Positions 38,401 through 53,400 of a stretch of DNA of 64,000 nucleotides are shown here, in pieces. Origin of the DNA: Eledone cirrhosa (taxonomy: Eukaryota). Every line of letters starts with the position of its first letter. Position 1 is the stretch's first letter. Both the position numbers and the translations under genes were made by a program. The stretch lies in contig OZ024743.1 in assembly GCA_964016885.1 (NCBI GenBank), positions 306,404,001 through 306,468,000 on the forward strand, written 5' to 3'. The notes beneath the pieces are model-generated. The model did no database searches. It was not told the origin of the DNA and saw nothing but the letters and a program-made list of their open reading frames with translations.

Positions 38401-41400
38401 TGGTAGTGTTGGTGGTAGTGATGGTGGCAGTGATGGTGGTAGTGATGGTAGTGTTGGTGGTAGTGATGGTGGTTGTGATGGTTGTAGTGATGGTGGTAGT
38501 GATGGTGGTAGTGATGGTGGTATTGTTGGTCGTAGTGATGGTGGTAGTGTTGGTGGTAGTGATGGTGGTAGTGATGGTGGTAGTGTTGGTTGTATTGACG
38601 ATGGCAGTGATGGTGGTAGTGTTGGTGGTAGTGATTGTGGTAGTGTTGGTGGTAGTGTTCGTGTTAGCGTTGGTGGTAGTGATGGTGGTAACGATGGTAG
38701 TGTTGGTGGTAGTGATGGTGGTAGTGATGGTTGTAGTGATGGTGGTAGTGTTGGTGGTAGTGTTGGTGGTAGTGATGGTGGTAACGATGGTAGTGTTGGT
38801 GGTAGTGATGGTGGTAGTGATGGTTGTAGTGATGGTGGTAGTGATGGTGGTAGTGATGGTGGTAGTGTTGGTGGTAGTGATGGTGGTAGTGTTGGTGGTA
38901 GTTATGGTGGTAGTGATGGTAGTACTGTTGGTGGTATTGACGATGGTAGTGATGGTGGTAGTGTTGGTAGTGTTGGTGGTAGTATTGGTGGTAATGTTGG
39001 TGGTAGTGATGGTGGTAGCGATGGTAGTGTTGGTGGTAGTGATGGTTGTAGTGTTGGTGGCAGTGATGGTGCTAATGATGATGGTAGTATTGTTGGTAGT
39101 GATGGTGGTAGTGATGGTGGTAGTGTTGGTGGTAGTGTTGGTGGTAGTATTGGTGCTAGTGATGGTGGTAGTGATGGTGGAAATTTTGGTGGTTGTGTTG
39201 GTGGTAGTGTTGGTGGTAGTGATGGTGGTTATGATGGTAGTGTTGGTGGTAGTGATGGTGGTAGTGTTGGTGGTAGTGATGGTGGTAGTGATGGTTGTAG
39301 TGATGGTGGTTGTGATGGTGGTAGTGATGGTGGTAGTGTTGGTGGTAGTGATGGTGGTAGTGTTGGTGGTATTGACGATGGTAGTGATGGTTGTGGTATT
39401 GGTAGTGTTGGTGGTAGTGTTGGTGGTAATGTTGGTGGTAGTGATGGTGGTAGCGATGGTAGTGTTGGTGGTAGTGATGGTTGTAGTGTTGGTGGCAGTG
39501 ATGGTGGTAGTGTTGGTGCTAGTGATAGTGGTAATGATGGTAGTATTGGTGGTAGTGTTGGTGGTAGTGATGGTGGTAGTGATGTTAATGTTGGTGCTAG
39601 TGTTGCTGGTAGTGATGGTGGTAGTGATGATGTTAGTGATGGTGGTAGTGATGGTAGTGTTGGTGGTAGTGTTGGTGGTAGTGTTGGTGGTAATGATGGT
39701 GGTAGTATTGGTGGTAGTGATGGTGTTAGTGATGGTGGTAGTGTTGGTGGTAGTGTTGGTGGTAGTATTGGTGCTAGTGATGGTGGTAGTGATGGTGGTA
39801 GTGTTGCTGGTAGTGTTGGTGGTAGTGTTGGTGGTAGTGATGGTGATGTTATGGTGGTAGTGATGGTGGTAGTGTTCGTGGTAGTGTTCGTGGTAGTGTT
39901 GGTGGTAGTGGTGGTGTTAGTGATGGTCGTAGTCATCGTGGTAGTGTTGGTGGTAGTGTTGGTGGTAGTGTTGGTGGTAGTGATGGTGGTAACGATGGTA
40001 GTGTTGGTGGTAGTGATGGTGGTAGTGACGGTTGTAGTGATGGTGGTAGTGATGGTGGTAGTGATGGTGGTAGTGTTGGTGGTAGTGATGGTGGTAGTGT
40101 TGGTGGTAGTGATGGTGGTAGTGATGGTGGTAGTGTTGGTGGTATTGACGATGGTAGTGATGGTGGTAGTGTTGGTAGTGTTGGTGGTAGTGTTGGTGGT
40201 AATATTGGTTGTAATGATGGTGGTAGCGATGGTAGTGTTGGTGGTATTGATGGTTGTAGTGTTGGTGGCAGTGATGGTGGTAGTGTTGGTGTTAGTGATG
40301 GAGGTAATGATGGTAGTGTTGGTGGTAGTAATGGTGGTAGTGATGTTAGTGTTGGTGCTAGTGTTGCTGGTAGTGATGGTGGTAGTGATGATGTTAGTGA
40401 TGGTGGTAGTGATGGTAGTGTTGGTGGTAGTGTTGGTGGTAGTGTTGGTGGTAATGATGGTGGTCGTATTGGTGGTAGTGATGGTGTTAGTGATGGTGGT
40501 AATGATAGTGGTAGTGTTGGTGGTAGTGATGGTGGTAGTGATGTTAGTTTTGGTGCTAGTGTCGCTGGTAGTGATGGTGGTAGTGATGGTGGTAGTGATG
40601 GAGGTAGTGATGGTACTGTTGGTGGTAGTGTTGGTGGTAGTGTTGGTGCTAGTGTTGCTGGTAGTGATGGTGGTAGTGATGGTGGTAGTGATGGTGGAGG
40701 TGATGGTACTGTTGGTGGTAGTGTTGGTGGTAGTGTTGGTGCTAGTGTTGCTGGTAGTGATGGTGGTAGTGATGGTGGTAGTGATGGTGGAGGTGATGGT
40801 ACTGTTGGTGGTAGTGATGATGTTAGTGATGGTGGTAGTGATGGTGGTAGTGATGATGGTAGTGTTGGTGGTAGTGATGGTGGCAGTGATGGTGGTAGTG
40901 ATGGTAGTGTTGGTGGTAGTGATGGTGGTTGTGATGGTGGTATTGTTGGTCGTAGTGATGGGGGTAGTGTTGGTGGTAGTGATGGTGGTAGTGATGGTGG
41001 TAGTGTTGGTGGTATTGACGATGGTAGTGATGGTGGTAGTGTTGGTGGTAGTGATTGTGGTAGTGTTGGTGGTAGTGTTGGTGGTAGCGTTGGTGGTAGT
41101 GATGGTGGTAACGATGGTAGTGTTGGTGGTAGTGATGGTGGTAGTGATGGTTGTAGTGATGGTGGTAGTGATGGTGGTAGTGTTGGTGGTAGTGATGGTG
41201 GTAACGATGGTAGTGTTGGTGGTAGTGATGGTGGTAGTGATGGTTGTAGTGATGGTGGTAGTGATGGTGGTAGTGATGGTGGTAGTGTTGGTGGTAGTGA
41301 TGGTGGTAGTGTTGGTGGTAGTTATGGTGGTAGTGATGGTAGTAGTGATGGTGGTAGTGTTGGTGGTAGTGTTGGAGTTAGTATTGGTGCTAGTGATGGT

Positions 41401-44400
41401 GGTAGTGATGGTGGTAGTGTTGTTGGTAGTGTTGGTGGTAGTGTTGGTGTTAGTGATGGTGGTAACGATGGTAGTGTTGGTGGTAGTGATGGTGGTAGTG
41501 ATGGTTGGAGTGATACTGGTAGTGATGGTGGTAGTGTTGGTGGTAGTGTTGGTGGTAGTGATGATGGTAGTGTTGGTGGTAGTGATGGTAGTAGTGATGG
41601 TGGTAGTGTTGGTGGTATTGACGATGGTAGTGATGGTGGTAGTATTGGTAGTGTTGGTGGTAGTGTTGGTGGTAATGTTGGTGGTAGTGATGGTGGTAGC
41701 GATGGTAGTGTTGGTGGTAGTGATGGTTGTAGTGTTGGTGGCAGTGATGGTGGTAGTGTTGGTGCTAGTGATGGTGGTAATGATGGTAGTATTGGTGGTA
41801 GTGTTGGTGGTAGTGTTGGTGGTAGTGTTGGTGGTAGTGATGGTGGTAGTGATGTTAGTGTTGGTGCTAGTGTTGCTGGTAGTGATGGTGGTAGTGATGA
41901 TGGTAGTGATGGTGGTAGTGTTGGTGGTAGTGATGCTGGTAGTGATGGTGGTAGTGTTGGTTGTGCTGGTGGTAGTGTTGGTGGTAGTGATGGTAGTGAT
42001 GGTGGTAGCGATGGTAGTGTTGGTGGTAGTGATGGTGGTAGTGATGGTGGTAGTGATGGTAGTGTTGGTGGTAGTGTTGGTGGTAATATTGGTGGTAGTG
42101 ATGGTGGTAGCGATGGTAGTGTTGGTGGTAGTGATGGTGGTAGTGATGGTGGTAGTGATGGTGGTAGTGATGGTATTGTTGGTGGTAGTGTTGGTGGTAG
42201 TGTCGGTGGTAATGATGATGGTAGTGATGGTGGTAGTGTTGGTAGTGTTGGTGGTAGTGTTGGTGGTAGTGATGGTGGTAACGATAGTAGTGTTGGTGGT
42301 AGTGATGGTGGTAGTGATGGTGGTAGTGTTGGTGGTAGTGTTGGTGGTAGTATTGGTGCTAGTAATGGTGGTTGTCATGGTGGTAGTGTTGGTGGTATTG
42401 TTGGTGGTAGTGTTGGTGGTAGTGATGGTGGTAACGATGGTAGTGTTGGTGGTAGTGATGGTGGTAGTGATGGTTGTAGTGATGGTGGTAGTGATGGTGG
42501 TAGTGATGGTGGTGGTGTTGGTGGTAGTGTTGGTGGTAGTATTGGTGCTAGTGATGGTGGTTGTCATGGTGGTAGTGTTGGTGGTAGTGTTGGTGGTAGT
42601 GTTGGTGGTAGTGATGGTGGTAACGATGGTAGTGTTGGTGGTAGTGATGGTGGTAGTGATGGTTGTAGTGATGGTGGTAGTGATGGTGGTAGTGATGGTG
42701 GTAGTGTTGGTGGTAGTGATGGTGGTAGTGTTGGTGGTAGTGATGGTGGTAGTGATGGTGGTAGTGTTGGTGGTATTGACGATGGTAGTGATGGTGGTAG
42801 TGTTGGTAGTGTTGGTGGTAGTGTTGGTGGTAATATTGGTGGTAGTGATGGTGGTAGCGATGGTAGTGTTGGTGGTAGTGATGGTTGTAGTGTTGGTGGC
42901 AGTGATGGTGGTAGTGTTGGTGCTAGTGATGGAGGTAATGATGGTAGTATTGGTGGTAGTGTTGGTGGTAGTGTTGGTGTAGTGTTGGTGGTAGTGATGG
43001 TGGTAGTGATGTTAGTGTTGGTTCTAGTGTTGCTGGTAGTGATGGTGGTAGTGATGATGTTAGTGATGGTGGTAGTGTTGGTGGTAATGATGGTGGTAGT
43101 ATTGGTGGTAGTGATGGTGTTAGTGATGGTGGTAATGATAGTGGTAGTGTTGGTGGTAGTATTGGTGGTAGTGATGGTGTTAGTGATGGTGGTAATGATA
43201 GTGGTAGTGTTGGTGGTAGTGTTGCTGGTAGTGATGGTGGTAGTGATGTTGGTAGTGATGGTGGTAGTGATGGTACTGTTGGTGGTAGTGTTGGTGGTAG
43301 TGTTGGTGCTAGTGTTGCTGGTAGTGATGGTGGTAGTGATGGTGGTAGTGATGGTGGAGGTGATGGTACTGTTGGTGGTAGTGTTGGTGGTAGTGTTGGT
43401 TCTAGTGTTGCTGGTAGTGATGTTGGTAGTGATGGTGGAGGTGATGGTACTGTTGGTGGTAGTGATGATGTTAGTGATGGTGGTAGTGTTGGTGGTAGTA
43501 TTGGTGCTGGTGATGGTGGTAGTGGTGGTGGAAGTTTTGGTGGTTGTGTTGGTGGTAGTGTTGGTGGTAGTGATGGTGGTTATGATGGTAGTGTTGGTGG
43601 TAGTGATGGTGGTAGTGATTGTTGTAGTGATGGTGGTTGTGATGGTGGTAGTGATGGTGGTAGTGTTGGTGGTAGTGATGATGGTAGTGTTGGTGGTAGT
43701 GATGGTGGTAGTGATGGTGGTAGTGTTGGTGCTATTGACGATGGTAGTGATGGTGGTTGTATTGGTAGTGTTGGTGGTAGTTTTGGTGGTAATGTTGGTG
43801 GTAGTGATGGTGGTAGCGATGGTAGTGTTGGTGGTAATGATGGTTGTAGTGTTGGTGGCAGTGATGGTGGTAGTGTTGGTGCTAGTGATGGTGGTAATGA
43901 TGGTAGTATTGGTGGTAGTGTTGGTAGTAGTGATGGTGGTAGTGATGTTAATGTTGGTGCTAGTGTTGCTGGTAGTGATGGTGGTAGTGATGATGTTCGT
44001 GATGGTGGTAGTGATGGTAGTGTTGGTGGTAGTGTTGGTGGTAGTGTTGGTGGTAATGATGGTGGTAGTATTGGTGGTAGTGATGGTGTTAGTGATGGTG
44101 GTAGTGTTGGTGGTAGTGTTGGTGGTAGTATTGGTGCTAGTGATGGTGGTAGTGATGGTGGGAGTGTTGGTGGTAGTGTTGGTGGTATTGTTGGTGGTAG
44201 TGATGGTGGTAGTGATGGTGGTAGTGATGGTGGTAGTGTTCGTGGTAGTGTTGGTGGTAGTGTTGGTGGTAGTGGTGGTGCTAGTGATGGTGGTAGTCAT
44301 GGTGGTAGTGTTGGTGGTAGTGTTGGTGGTAGTGTTGGTGGTAGTGATGGTGGTAACGATGGTAGTGTTGGTGGTAGTGATGGTGGTAGTGATGGTTGTA

Positions 44401-47400
44401 GTGATGGTGGTAGTGATGGTGGTAGTGATGGTGGTAGTGTTGGTGGTAGTGATGGTGGTAGTGTTGGTGGTAGTGATGGTGGTAGTGATGGTGGTAGTGT
44501 TGGTGGTATTGACGATGGTAGTGATGGTGGTAGTGTTGGTAGTGTTGGTGGTAGTGTTGGTGGTAATATTGGTGGTAATGATGGTGGTAGCGATGGTAGT
44601 GTTGGTGGTAGTGATGGTTGTAGTCTTGGTGGCAGTGATGGTGGTAGTGTTGGTGCTAGTGATGGAGGTAATGATGGTAGTGTTGGTGGTAGTGATGGCG
44701 GTAGTGATGTTAGTGTTGGTGCTAGTGTTGCTGGTAGTGATGGTGGTAGTGATGATGTTAGTGATGGTGGTAGTGATGGTAGTGTTGGTGGTAGTGTTGG
44801 TGGTAGTGTTGGTGGTAATGATGGTGGTCGTATTGGTGTTAGTGATGGTGTTAGTGATGGTGGTAATGATAGTGGTAGTGTTGGTGGTAGTGATGGTGGT
44901 AGTGATGGTGGTAGTGTTGGTGGTAGTGTTGGAGTTTGTATTGGTGCTAGTGATGGTGGTAGTGATGGTGGTAGTGTTGTTGGTAGTGTTGGTGGTAGTG
45001 TTGGTGGTAGTGATGGTGGTAACGATGGTAGTGTTGGTGGTAGTGATGGTGGTAGTGATGGTTGGAGTGATGGTGGTAGTGATGGTGGTAGTGATGGTGG
45101 TAGTGTTGGTGGTAGTGATGATGGTAGTGTTGGTGGTAGTGATGGTAGTAGTGATGGTGGTAGTGTTGGTGGTATTGACGATGGTAGTGATGGTGGTAGT
45201 ATTGGTAGTGTTGGTGGTAGTGTTGGTGGTAATGTTGGTGGTAGTGATGGTGGTAGCGATGGTAGTGTTGGTGGTAGTGATGGTTGTAGTGTTGGTGGCA
45301 GTGATGGTGGTAGTGTTGGTGCTAGTGATGGTGGTAATGATGGTAGTATTGGTGTTAGTGTTGGTGGTAGTGTTGGTGGTAGTGTTGGTGGTAGTGATGG
45401 TGGTAGTGATGTTAGTGTTGGTGCTAGTGTTGCTGGTAGTGATGGTGGTAGTGATGATGGTAGTGATGGTGGTAGTGTTGGTGGTAGTGATGCTGGTAGT
45501 GATGGTGGTAGTGTTGGTAGTGCTGGTGGTAGTGTTGGTGGTAGTGATGGTAGTGATGGTGGTAGCGATGGTAGTGTTGGTGGTAGTGATGGTGGTAGTG
45601 ATGGTGGTAGTGATGGTGGTAGTGATGGTGGTAGTGATGGTAGTGTTGGTGGTAGTGTTGGTGGTAATATTGGTGGTAGTGATGGTGGTAGCGATGGTAG
45701 TGTTGGTGGTAGTGATGGTGGTAGTGATGGTGGTAGTGATGGTGGTAGTGATCGTGGTAACGATGGTAGTGTTGGTGGTAGTGTTGGTGGTAGTGATCGT
45801 GGTAACGATGGTAGTGTTGGTGGTAGTGATGGTGGTAGTGATGGTGGTAGTGTTGGTGGTAGTGTTGGTGGTAGTATTGGTGCTAGTGATGGTGCTTGTC
45901 ATGGTGGTAGTGTTGGTGATAGTGTTGGTGGTAGTGTTGGTGGTAGTGATGGTGGTAACGATGGTAGTGTTGGTGGTAGTGATGGTGGTAGTGATGTTTG
46001 TAGTGATGGTGGTAGTGATGGTGGTAGTGATGGTGGTAGTGTTGGTGGTAGTGTTGGTGGTAGTATTGGTGCTAGTGATGGTGGTTGTCATGGTGGTAGT
46101 GTTGGTGGTAGTGTTGGTGGTAGTGTTGGTGGTAGTGATGGTGGTAACGATGGTAGTGTTGGTGGTAGTGATGGTGGTAGTGATGGTTGTAGTGATGGTG
46201 GTAGTGATGGTGGTAGTGATGGTGGTAGTGTTGGTGGTAGTGATGGTGGTAGTGTTGGTGGTAGTGATGGTGGTAGTGATGGTGGTAGTGTTGGTGGTAT
46301 TGACGATGGTAGTTATGGTGGTAGTGTTGGTAGTGTTGGTGGTAGAGTTGGTGGTAATATTGGTGGTAGTGATGGTGGTAGCGATGGTAGTGTTGGTGGT
46401 AGTGATGGTTGTAGTGTTGGTGGCAGTGATGGTGGTAGTGTTGGTGCTAGTGATGGAGGTAATGATGGTAGTATTGGTGGTAGTGTTGGTTGTAGTGTTG
46501 GTGTAGTGTTGGTGGTAGTGATGGTGGTAGTGATGTTAGTGTTGGTGCTAGTGTTGCTGGTAGTGATGGTGGTAGTGATGATGTTAGTGATGGTGGTAGT
46601 GTTGGTGGTAATGATGGTGGTAGTATTGGTGGTAGTGATGGTGGTAGTGATGGTGGTAGTGATGGTACTGTTGGTGGTAGTGTTGGTGGTAGTGATGGTG
46701 GTAGTGATGGTGGTAGTGATGGTGGAGGTGATGGTACTGTTGGTGGTAGTGTTGGTGGTAGTGTTGGTGCTAGTGTTGCTGGTAGTGATGTTGGTAGTGA
46801 TGGTGGAGGTGATGGTACTGTTGGTGGTAGTGATGATGTTAGTGATGGTGGTAGTGATGGTGTTAGTGATGGTGGAAGTTTTGGTGGTAGTGATGGTGGT
46901 AACGATGGTAGTGTTGGTGGTAGTGATGGTGGTAGTGATGGTTGTAGTGATGGTGGTTGTGATGGTGGTAGTGATGGTGGTAGTGTTGGTGGTAGTGATG
47001 ATGGTAGTGTTGGTGGTAGTGATGGTGGTAGTGATGGTGGTAGTGTTGGTGGTATTGACGATGGTAGTGATGGTGGTTGTATTGGTAGTGTTGGTGGTAG
47101 TGTTGGTGGTAATGTTGGTGGTAGTGATGGTGGTAGCGATGGTAGTGTTGGTGGTAGTGATGGTTGTAGTGTTGGTGGCAGTGATGGTGGTAGTGTTGGT
47201 GCTAGTGATGGTGGTAATGATGGTAGTATTGGTGGTAGTGTTGGTGGTAGTGATGGTGGTAGTGATGTTAATGTTGGTGCTAGTGTTGCTGGTAGTGATG
47301 GTGGTAGTGATGATGTTAGTGATGGTGGTAGTGATGGTAGTGTTGGTGGTAGTGTTGGTGGTAGTATTGGTGGTAGTGATGGTGTTAGTGATGGTGGTAG

Positions 47401-50400
47401 TGTTGGTGGTAGTGTTGGTGGTAGTATTGGTGCTAGTGATGGTGGTAGTGATGGAGGTAGTGTTGGTGGTAGTGTTGGTGGTAGTGTTGGTGGTAGTGAT
47501 GGTGGTAGTGATGGTGGTAGTGATGGTGGTAGTGTTCGTGGTAATGTTGGTGGTAGTGTTGGTGGTAGTGGTGGTGCTAGTGATGGTGGTAGTCATGGTG
47601 GTAGTGTTGGTGGTAGTGTTGGTGGTAGTGTTGGTGGTAGTGATGGTGGTAACGATGGTAGTGTTGGTGGTAGTGATGGTGGTAGTGATGTTTGTAGTGA
47701 TGGTGGTAGTGATGGTGGTAGTGATGGTGGTAGTGTTGGTGGTAGTGATGGTGGTAGTGTTGGTGGTAGTGATGGTGGTAGTGATGGTGGTAGTGTTGGT
47801 GGTAGTGATGGTGGTAGTGTTGGTGGTAGTGATGGTGGTAGTGATGGTGGTAGTGTTGGTGGTATTGACGATGGTAGTGATGGTGGTAGTGTTGGTAGTG
47901 TTGGTGGTAGAGTTGGTGGTAATATTGGTGGTAGTGATGGTGTAAGCGATGGTAGTGTTGGTGGTAGTGATGGTTGTAGTGTTGGTGGCAGTGATGGTGG
48001 TAGTGTTGGTGCTAGTGATGGAGGTAATGATGGTAGTATTGGTGGTAGTGTTGGTGGTAGTGTTGGTGTAGTGTTGGTGGTAGTGATGGTGGTAGTGATG
48101 TTAGTGTTGGTGCTAGTGTTGCTGGTAGTGATGGTGGTAGTGATGATGTTAGTGATGGTGGTAGTGTTGGTGGTAATGATGGTGGTAGTATTGGTGGTAG
48201 TGATGGTGTTAGTGATGGTGGTAATGATAGTGGTAGTGTTGGTGGTAGTGTTGCTGGTAGTGATGGTGGTAGTGATGGTGGTAGTGATGGTACTGTTGGT
48301 GGTAGTGTTGGTGGTAGTGTTGGTGCTAGTGTTGCTGGTAGTGATGGTGGTAGTGATGGTGGTAGTGATGGTGGAGGTGATGGTACTGTTGGTGGTAATG
48401 TTGGTGGTAGTGTTGGTGCTAGTGTTGCTGGTAGTGATGTTGGTAGTGATGGTGGAGGTGATGGTACTGTTGGTGGTAGTGATGATGTTAGTGATGGTGG
48501 TAGTGATGGTGTTAGTGATGGTGGAAGTTTTGGTGGTAGTGATGGTGGTAACGATGGTAGTGTTGGTGGTAGTGATGGTGGTAGTGATGGTTGTAGTGAT
48601 GGTGGTTGTGATGGTGGTAGTGATGGTGGTAGTGTTGGTGGTAGTGATGATGGTAGTGTTGGTGGTAGTGATGGTGGTAGTGATGGTGGTAGTGTTGGTG
48701 GTATTGACGATGGTAGTGATGGTGGTTGTATTGGTAGTGTTGGTGGTAGTGTTGGTGGTAATGTTGGTGGTAGTGATGGTGGTAGCGATGGTAGTGTTGG
48801 TGGTAGTGATGGTTGTAGTGTTGGTGGCAGTGATGGTGGTAGTGTTGGTGCTAGTGATGGTGGTAATGATGGTAGTATTGGTGGTAGTGTTGGTGGTAGT
48901 GATGGTGGTAGTGATGTTAATGTTGGTGCTAGTGTTGCTGGTAGTGATGGTGGTAGTGATGATGTTAGTGATGGTGGTAGTGATGGTAGTGTTGGTGGTA
49001 GTGTTGGTGGTAGTATTGGTGGTAGTGATGGTGTTAGTGATGGTGGTAGTGTTGGTGGTAGTGTTGGTGGTAGTATTGGTGCTAGTGATGGTGGTAGTGA
49101 TGGTGGTAGTGTTGGTGGTAGTGTTGGTGGTAGTGTTGGTGGTAGTGATGGTGGTAGTGATGGTGGTAGTGATGGTGGTAGTGTTCGTGGTAATGTTGGT
49201 GGTAGTGTTGGTGGTAGTGGTGGTGCTAGTGATGGTGGTAGTCATGGTGGTAGTGTTGGTGGTAGTGTTGGTGGTAGTGTTGGTGGTAGTGATGGTGGTA
49301 ACGATGGTAGTGTTGGTGGTAGTGATGGTGGTAGTGATGTTTGTAGTGATGGTGGTAGTGATGGTGGTAGTGATGGTGGTAGTGTTGGTGGTAGTGATGG
49401 TGGTAGTGTTGGTGGTAGTGATGGTGGTAGTGATGGTGGTAGTGTTGGTGGTATTGACGATGGTAGTGATGGTGGTAGTGTTGGTAGTGTTGGTGGTAGT
49501 GTTGGTGGTAATATTGGTGGTAATGATGGTGGTAGCGATGGTAGTGTTGGTGGTAGTGATGGTTGTAGTGTTGGTGGCAGTGATGGTGGTAGTGTTGGTG
49601 CTAGTGATGGAGGTAATGATGGTAGTGTTGGTGGTAGTGATGGTGGTAGTGTTGTTAGTGTTGGTGCTAGTGTTGCTGGTAGTGATGGTGGTAGTGATGA
49701 TGTTAGTGATGGTGGTAGTGATGGTAGTGTTGGTGGTAGTGTTGGTGGTAGTGTTGGTGGTAATGATGGTGGTAATGATAGTGGTAGTGTTGGTGGTAGT
49801 GATGGTGGTAGTGATGTTAGTTTTGGTGCTAGTGTCGCTGGTAGTGATGGTGGTAGTGATGGTGGTAGTGATGGTGGTAGTCATGGTACTGTTGGTGGTA
49901 GTGTTGGTGGTAGTGTTGGTGCTAGTGTTGCTGGTAGTGATGGTGGTAGTGATGGTGGTAGTGATGGTGGAGGTGATGGTACTGTTGGTGGTAGTGTTGG
50001 TGGTAGTGTTGGTGCTAGTGTTGCTGGTAGTGATGGTGGTAGTGATGGTGGTAGTGATGGTGGAGGTGATAGTACTGTTGGTGGTAGTGATGATGTTAGT
50101 GATGGTGGTAGTGATGGTGGCAGTGATGGTGGTAGTGATGGTGGTAGTGTTGGTGGTATTGACGATGGTAGTGATGGTGGTAGTGATGGTGGTAGTGATT
50201 GTGGTAGTGTTAGTGGTAGTGTTGGTGGTAGCGTTGGTGGTAGTGATGGTGGTAACGATGGTAGTGTTGGTGGTAGTGATGGTGGTAGTGATGGTTGTAG
50301 TGATGGTAGTGTTGGTGGTAGTGATGGTGGTAGTGATGGTTGTAGTGATGGTGGTAGTGATGGTGGTAGTGATGGTGGTAGTGTTGGTGGTAGTGATGGT

Positions 50401-53400
50401 GGTAGTGTTGGTGGTAGTTATGGTGGTAGTGATGGTAGTAGTGATGGTGGTAGTGTTGGTGGTAGTGTTGGAGTTAGTATTGGTGCTAGTGATGGTGGTA
50501 GTGATGGTGGTATTGTTGTTGGTAGTGTTGGTGGTAGTGTTGGTGGTAGTGATGGTGGTAACGATGGTAGTGTTGGTGGTAGTGATGGTGGTAGTGATGG
50601 TTGGAGTGATGGTGGTAGTGATGGTGGTAGTGATGGTGGTAGTGTTGGTGGTATTGCCGATGGTAGTGATGGTGGTAGTATTGATAGTGTTGGTGGTAGT
50701 GTTGGTGGTAATGTTGGTGGTAGTGATGGTAGTAGCGATGGTAGTGTTGGTGGTAGTGATGGTTGTAGTGTTGGTGGCAGTGATGGTGGTAGTGTTGGTG
50801 CTAGTGATGGTGGTAATGATGGTAGTATTGGTGGTAGTGTTGGTGGTAGTGTTGGTGGTAGTGTTGGTGGTAGTGATGGTGGTAGTGATGTTAGTGTTGG
50901 TGCTAGTGTTGCTGGTACTGATGGTGGTAGTGATGATGGTAGTGATGGTGGTAGTGTTGGTGGTAGTGATGGTAGTGATGGTGGTAGCGATGGTAGTGTT
51001 GGTGGTAGTGATGGTGGTAGTGATGGTCGTAGTGATGGTGGTAGTGATGGTAGTGTTGGTGGTAGTGTTGGTGGTAATATTGGTGGTAGTGATGGTGGTA
51101 GCGATGGTAGTGTTGGTGGTAGTGATGGTGGTAGTGATGGTGGTAGTGATGGTGGTAGTGATGGTAGTGTTGGTGGTAGTGTTGGTGGTAGTGTCGGTGG
51201 TAATGATGATAGTAGTGATGGTGGTAGTGTTGGTAGTGTTGGTGGTAGTGTTGGTGGTAGTGATGGTGGTAACGATGGTAGTGTTGGTGGTAGTGATGGT
51301 GGTAGTGATGGTGGTAGTGTTGGTGGTAGTATTGGTGCTAGTGATGGTGGTTGTCATGGTGGTAGTGTTGGTGGTAGTGTTGGTGGTAGTGTTGGTGGTA
51401 GTGATGGTGGTAACGATGGTAGTGTTGGTGGTAGTGATGGTGGTAGTGATGGTTGTAGTGATGGTGGTAGTGATGGTGGTAGTGATGGTGGTAGTGTTGG
51501 TGGTAGTGTTGGTGGTAGTATTGGTGCTAGTGATGGTGGTTGTCATGGTGGTAGTGTTGGTGGTAGTGTTGGTGGTAGTGTTGGTGGTAGTGATGGTGGT
51601 AACGATGGTAGTGTTGGTGGTAGTGATGGTGGTAGTGATGGTTGTAGTGATGGCGGTAGTGATGGTGGTAGTGATGGTGGTAGTGTTGGTGGTAGTGATG
51701 GTGGTAGTGTTGGTGGTAGTGATGGTGGTAGTGATGGTGGTAGTGTTGGTGGTATTGACGATGGTAGTGATGGTGGTAGTGTTGGTAGTGTTGGTGGTAG
51801 TGTTGGTGGTAATATTGGTGCTAGTGATGGTGGTAGCGATGGTAGTGTTGGTGGTAGTGATGGTTGTAGTGTTGGTGGCAGTGATGGTGGTAGTGTTGGT
51901 GCTAGTGATGGAGGTAATGATGGTAGTATTGGTGGTAGTGTTGGTGGTAGTGTTGGTGGTAGTGTTAGTGGTAGTGATGGTGGTAGTGATGTTAGTGTTG
52001 GTGCTAGTGTTGCTGGTAGTGATGGTGGTAGTGATGATGTTAGTGATGGTGGTAGTGTTGGTGGTGATGATGGTGGTAGTATTGGTGGTAGTGATGGTGT
52101 TAGTGATGGTGGTAATGATAGTGGTAGTGTTGGTGGTAGTATTGGTGGTAGTGATGGTGTTAGTGATGGTGGTAATGATAGTGGTAGTGTTGGTGGTAGT
52201 GTTGCTGGTAGTGATGGTGGTAGTGATGGTGGTAGTGATGGTGGTAGTGATGGTACTGTTGGTGGTAGTGTTGGTGGTAGTGTTGGTGCTAGTGTTGCTG
52301 GTAGTGATGGTGGTAGTGATGGTGGTAGTGATGGTGGAAGTGATGGTAATGTTGGTGGTAGTGTTGGTGGTAGTGTTGGTGCTAGTGTTGCTGGTAGTGA
52401 TGTTGGTAGTGATGGTGGAGGTGATGGTACTGTTGGTGGTAGTGATGATGTTAGTGATGGTGGTAGTGATGGTGGTAGTGATGGTGGTAGTGTTGGTGGT
52501 AGTGATGGTGGCAGTGATGGTGGTAGTGATGGTAGTGTTGGTGGTAGTGATGGTGGTTGTGATGGTTGTAGTGATGGTGGTAGTGATGGTGGTAGTGATG
52601 GTGGTATTGTTGGTCGTAGTGATGGTGGTAGTGTTGGTGGTAGTGTTGGTGGTATTGACGATGGTAGTGATGGTGGTAGTGTTGGTGGTAGTGATTGTGG
52701 TAGTGTTGGTGGTAGTGTTGGTGGTAGCGTTGGTGGTAGTGATGGTGGTAACGATGGTAGTGTTGGTGGTAGTGATGGTGGTAGTGATGGTTGTAGTGAT
52801 GGTGGTAGTGATGGTGGTAGTGATGGTGGTAGTGTTGGTGGTAGTGGTGGTGGTAGTGTTGGTGGTAGTTATGGTGGTAGTGATGGTAGTACTGTTGGTG
52901 GTATTGACGATGGTAGTGATGGTTGTAGTGATGGTGGTAGTGTTGGTTGTAGTGTTGGGGGTAATGATGGTGGTAACGATGGTAGTGTTGGTGGTAGTGA
53001 TGGTGGTAATGATGGTTGTAGTGATGGTGGTAGTGATGGTGGTAGTGATGGTGGTAGTGTTGGTGGTAGTGTTGGTGGTAGTATTGGTGCTAGTGATGGT
53101 GGTAGTGATGGTGGAAGTGTTGGTGGTTGTGTTGGTGGTAGTGTTGGTGGTAGTGATGGTGGTTATGATGGTAGTGTTGGTGGTAGTGATCGTGGTAGTG
53201 ATGGTTGTAGTGATGGTGGTTGTGATGGTGGTAGTGATGGTGGTAGTGTTGGTGGTAGTGATGATGGTAGTGTTGGTGGTATTGCGATGGTAGTGATGGT
53301 GGTTGTATTGGTAGTGTTGGTGGTAGTGTTGGTGGTAATGTTGGTGGTAGTGATGGTGGTAGCGATGGTAGTGTTGGTGGTAGTCATGGTTGTAGTGTTG

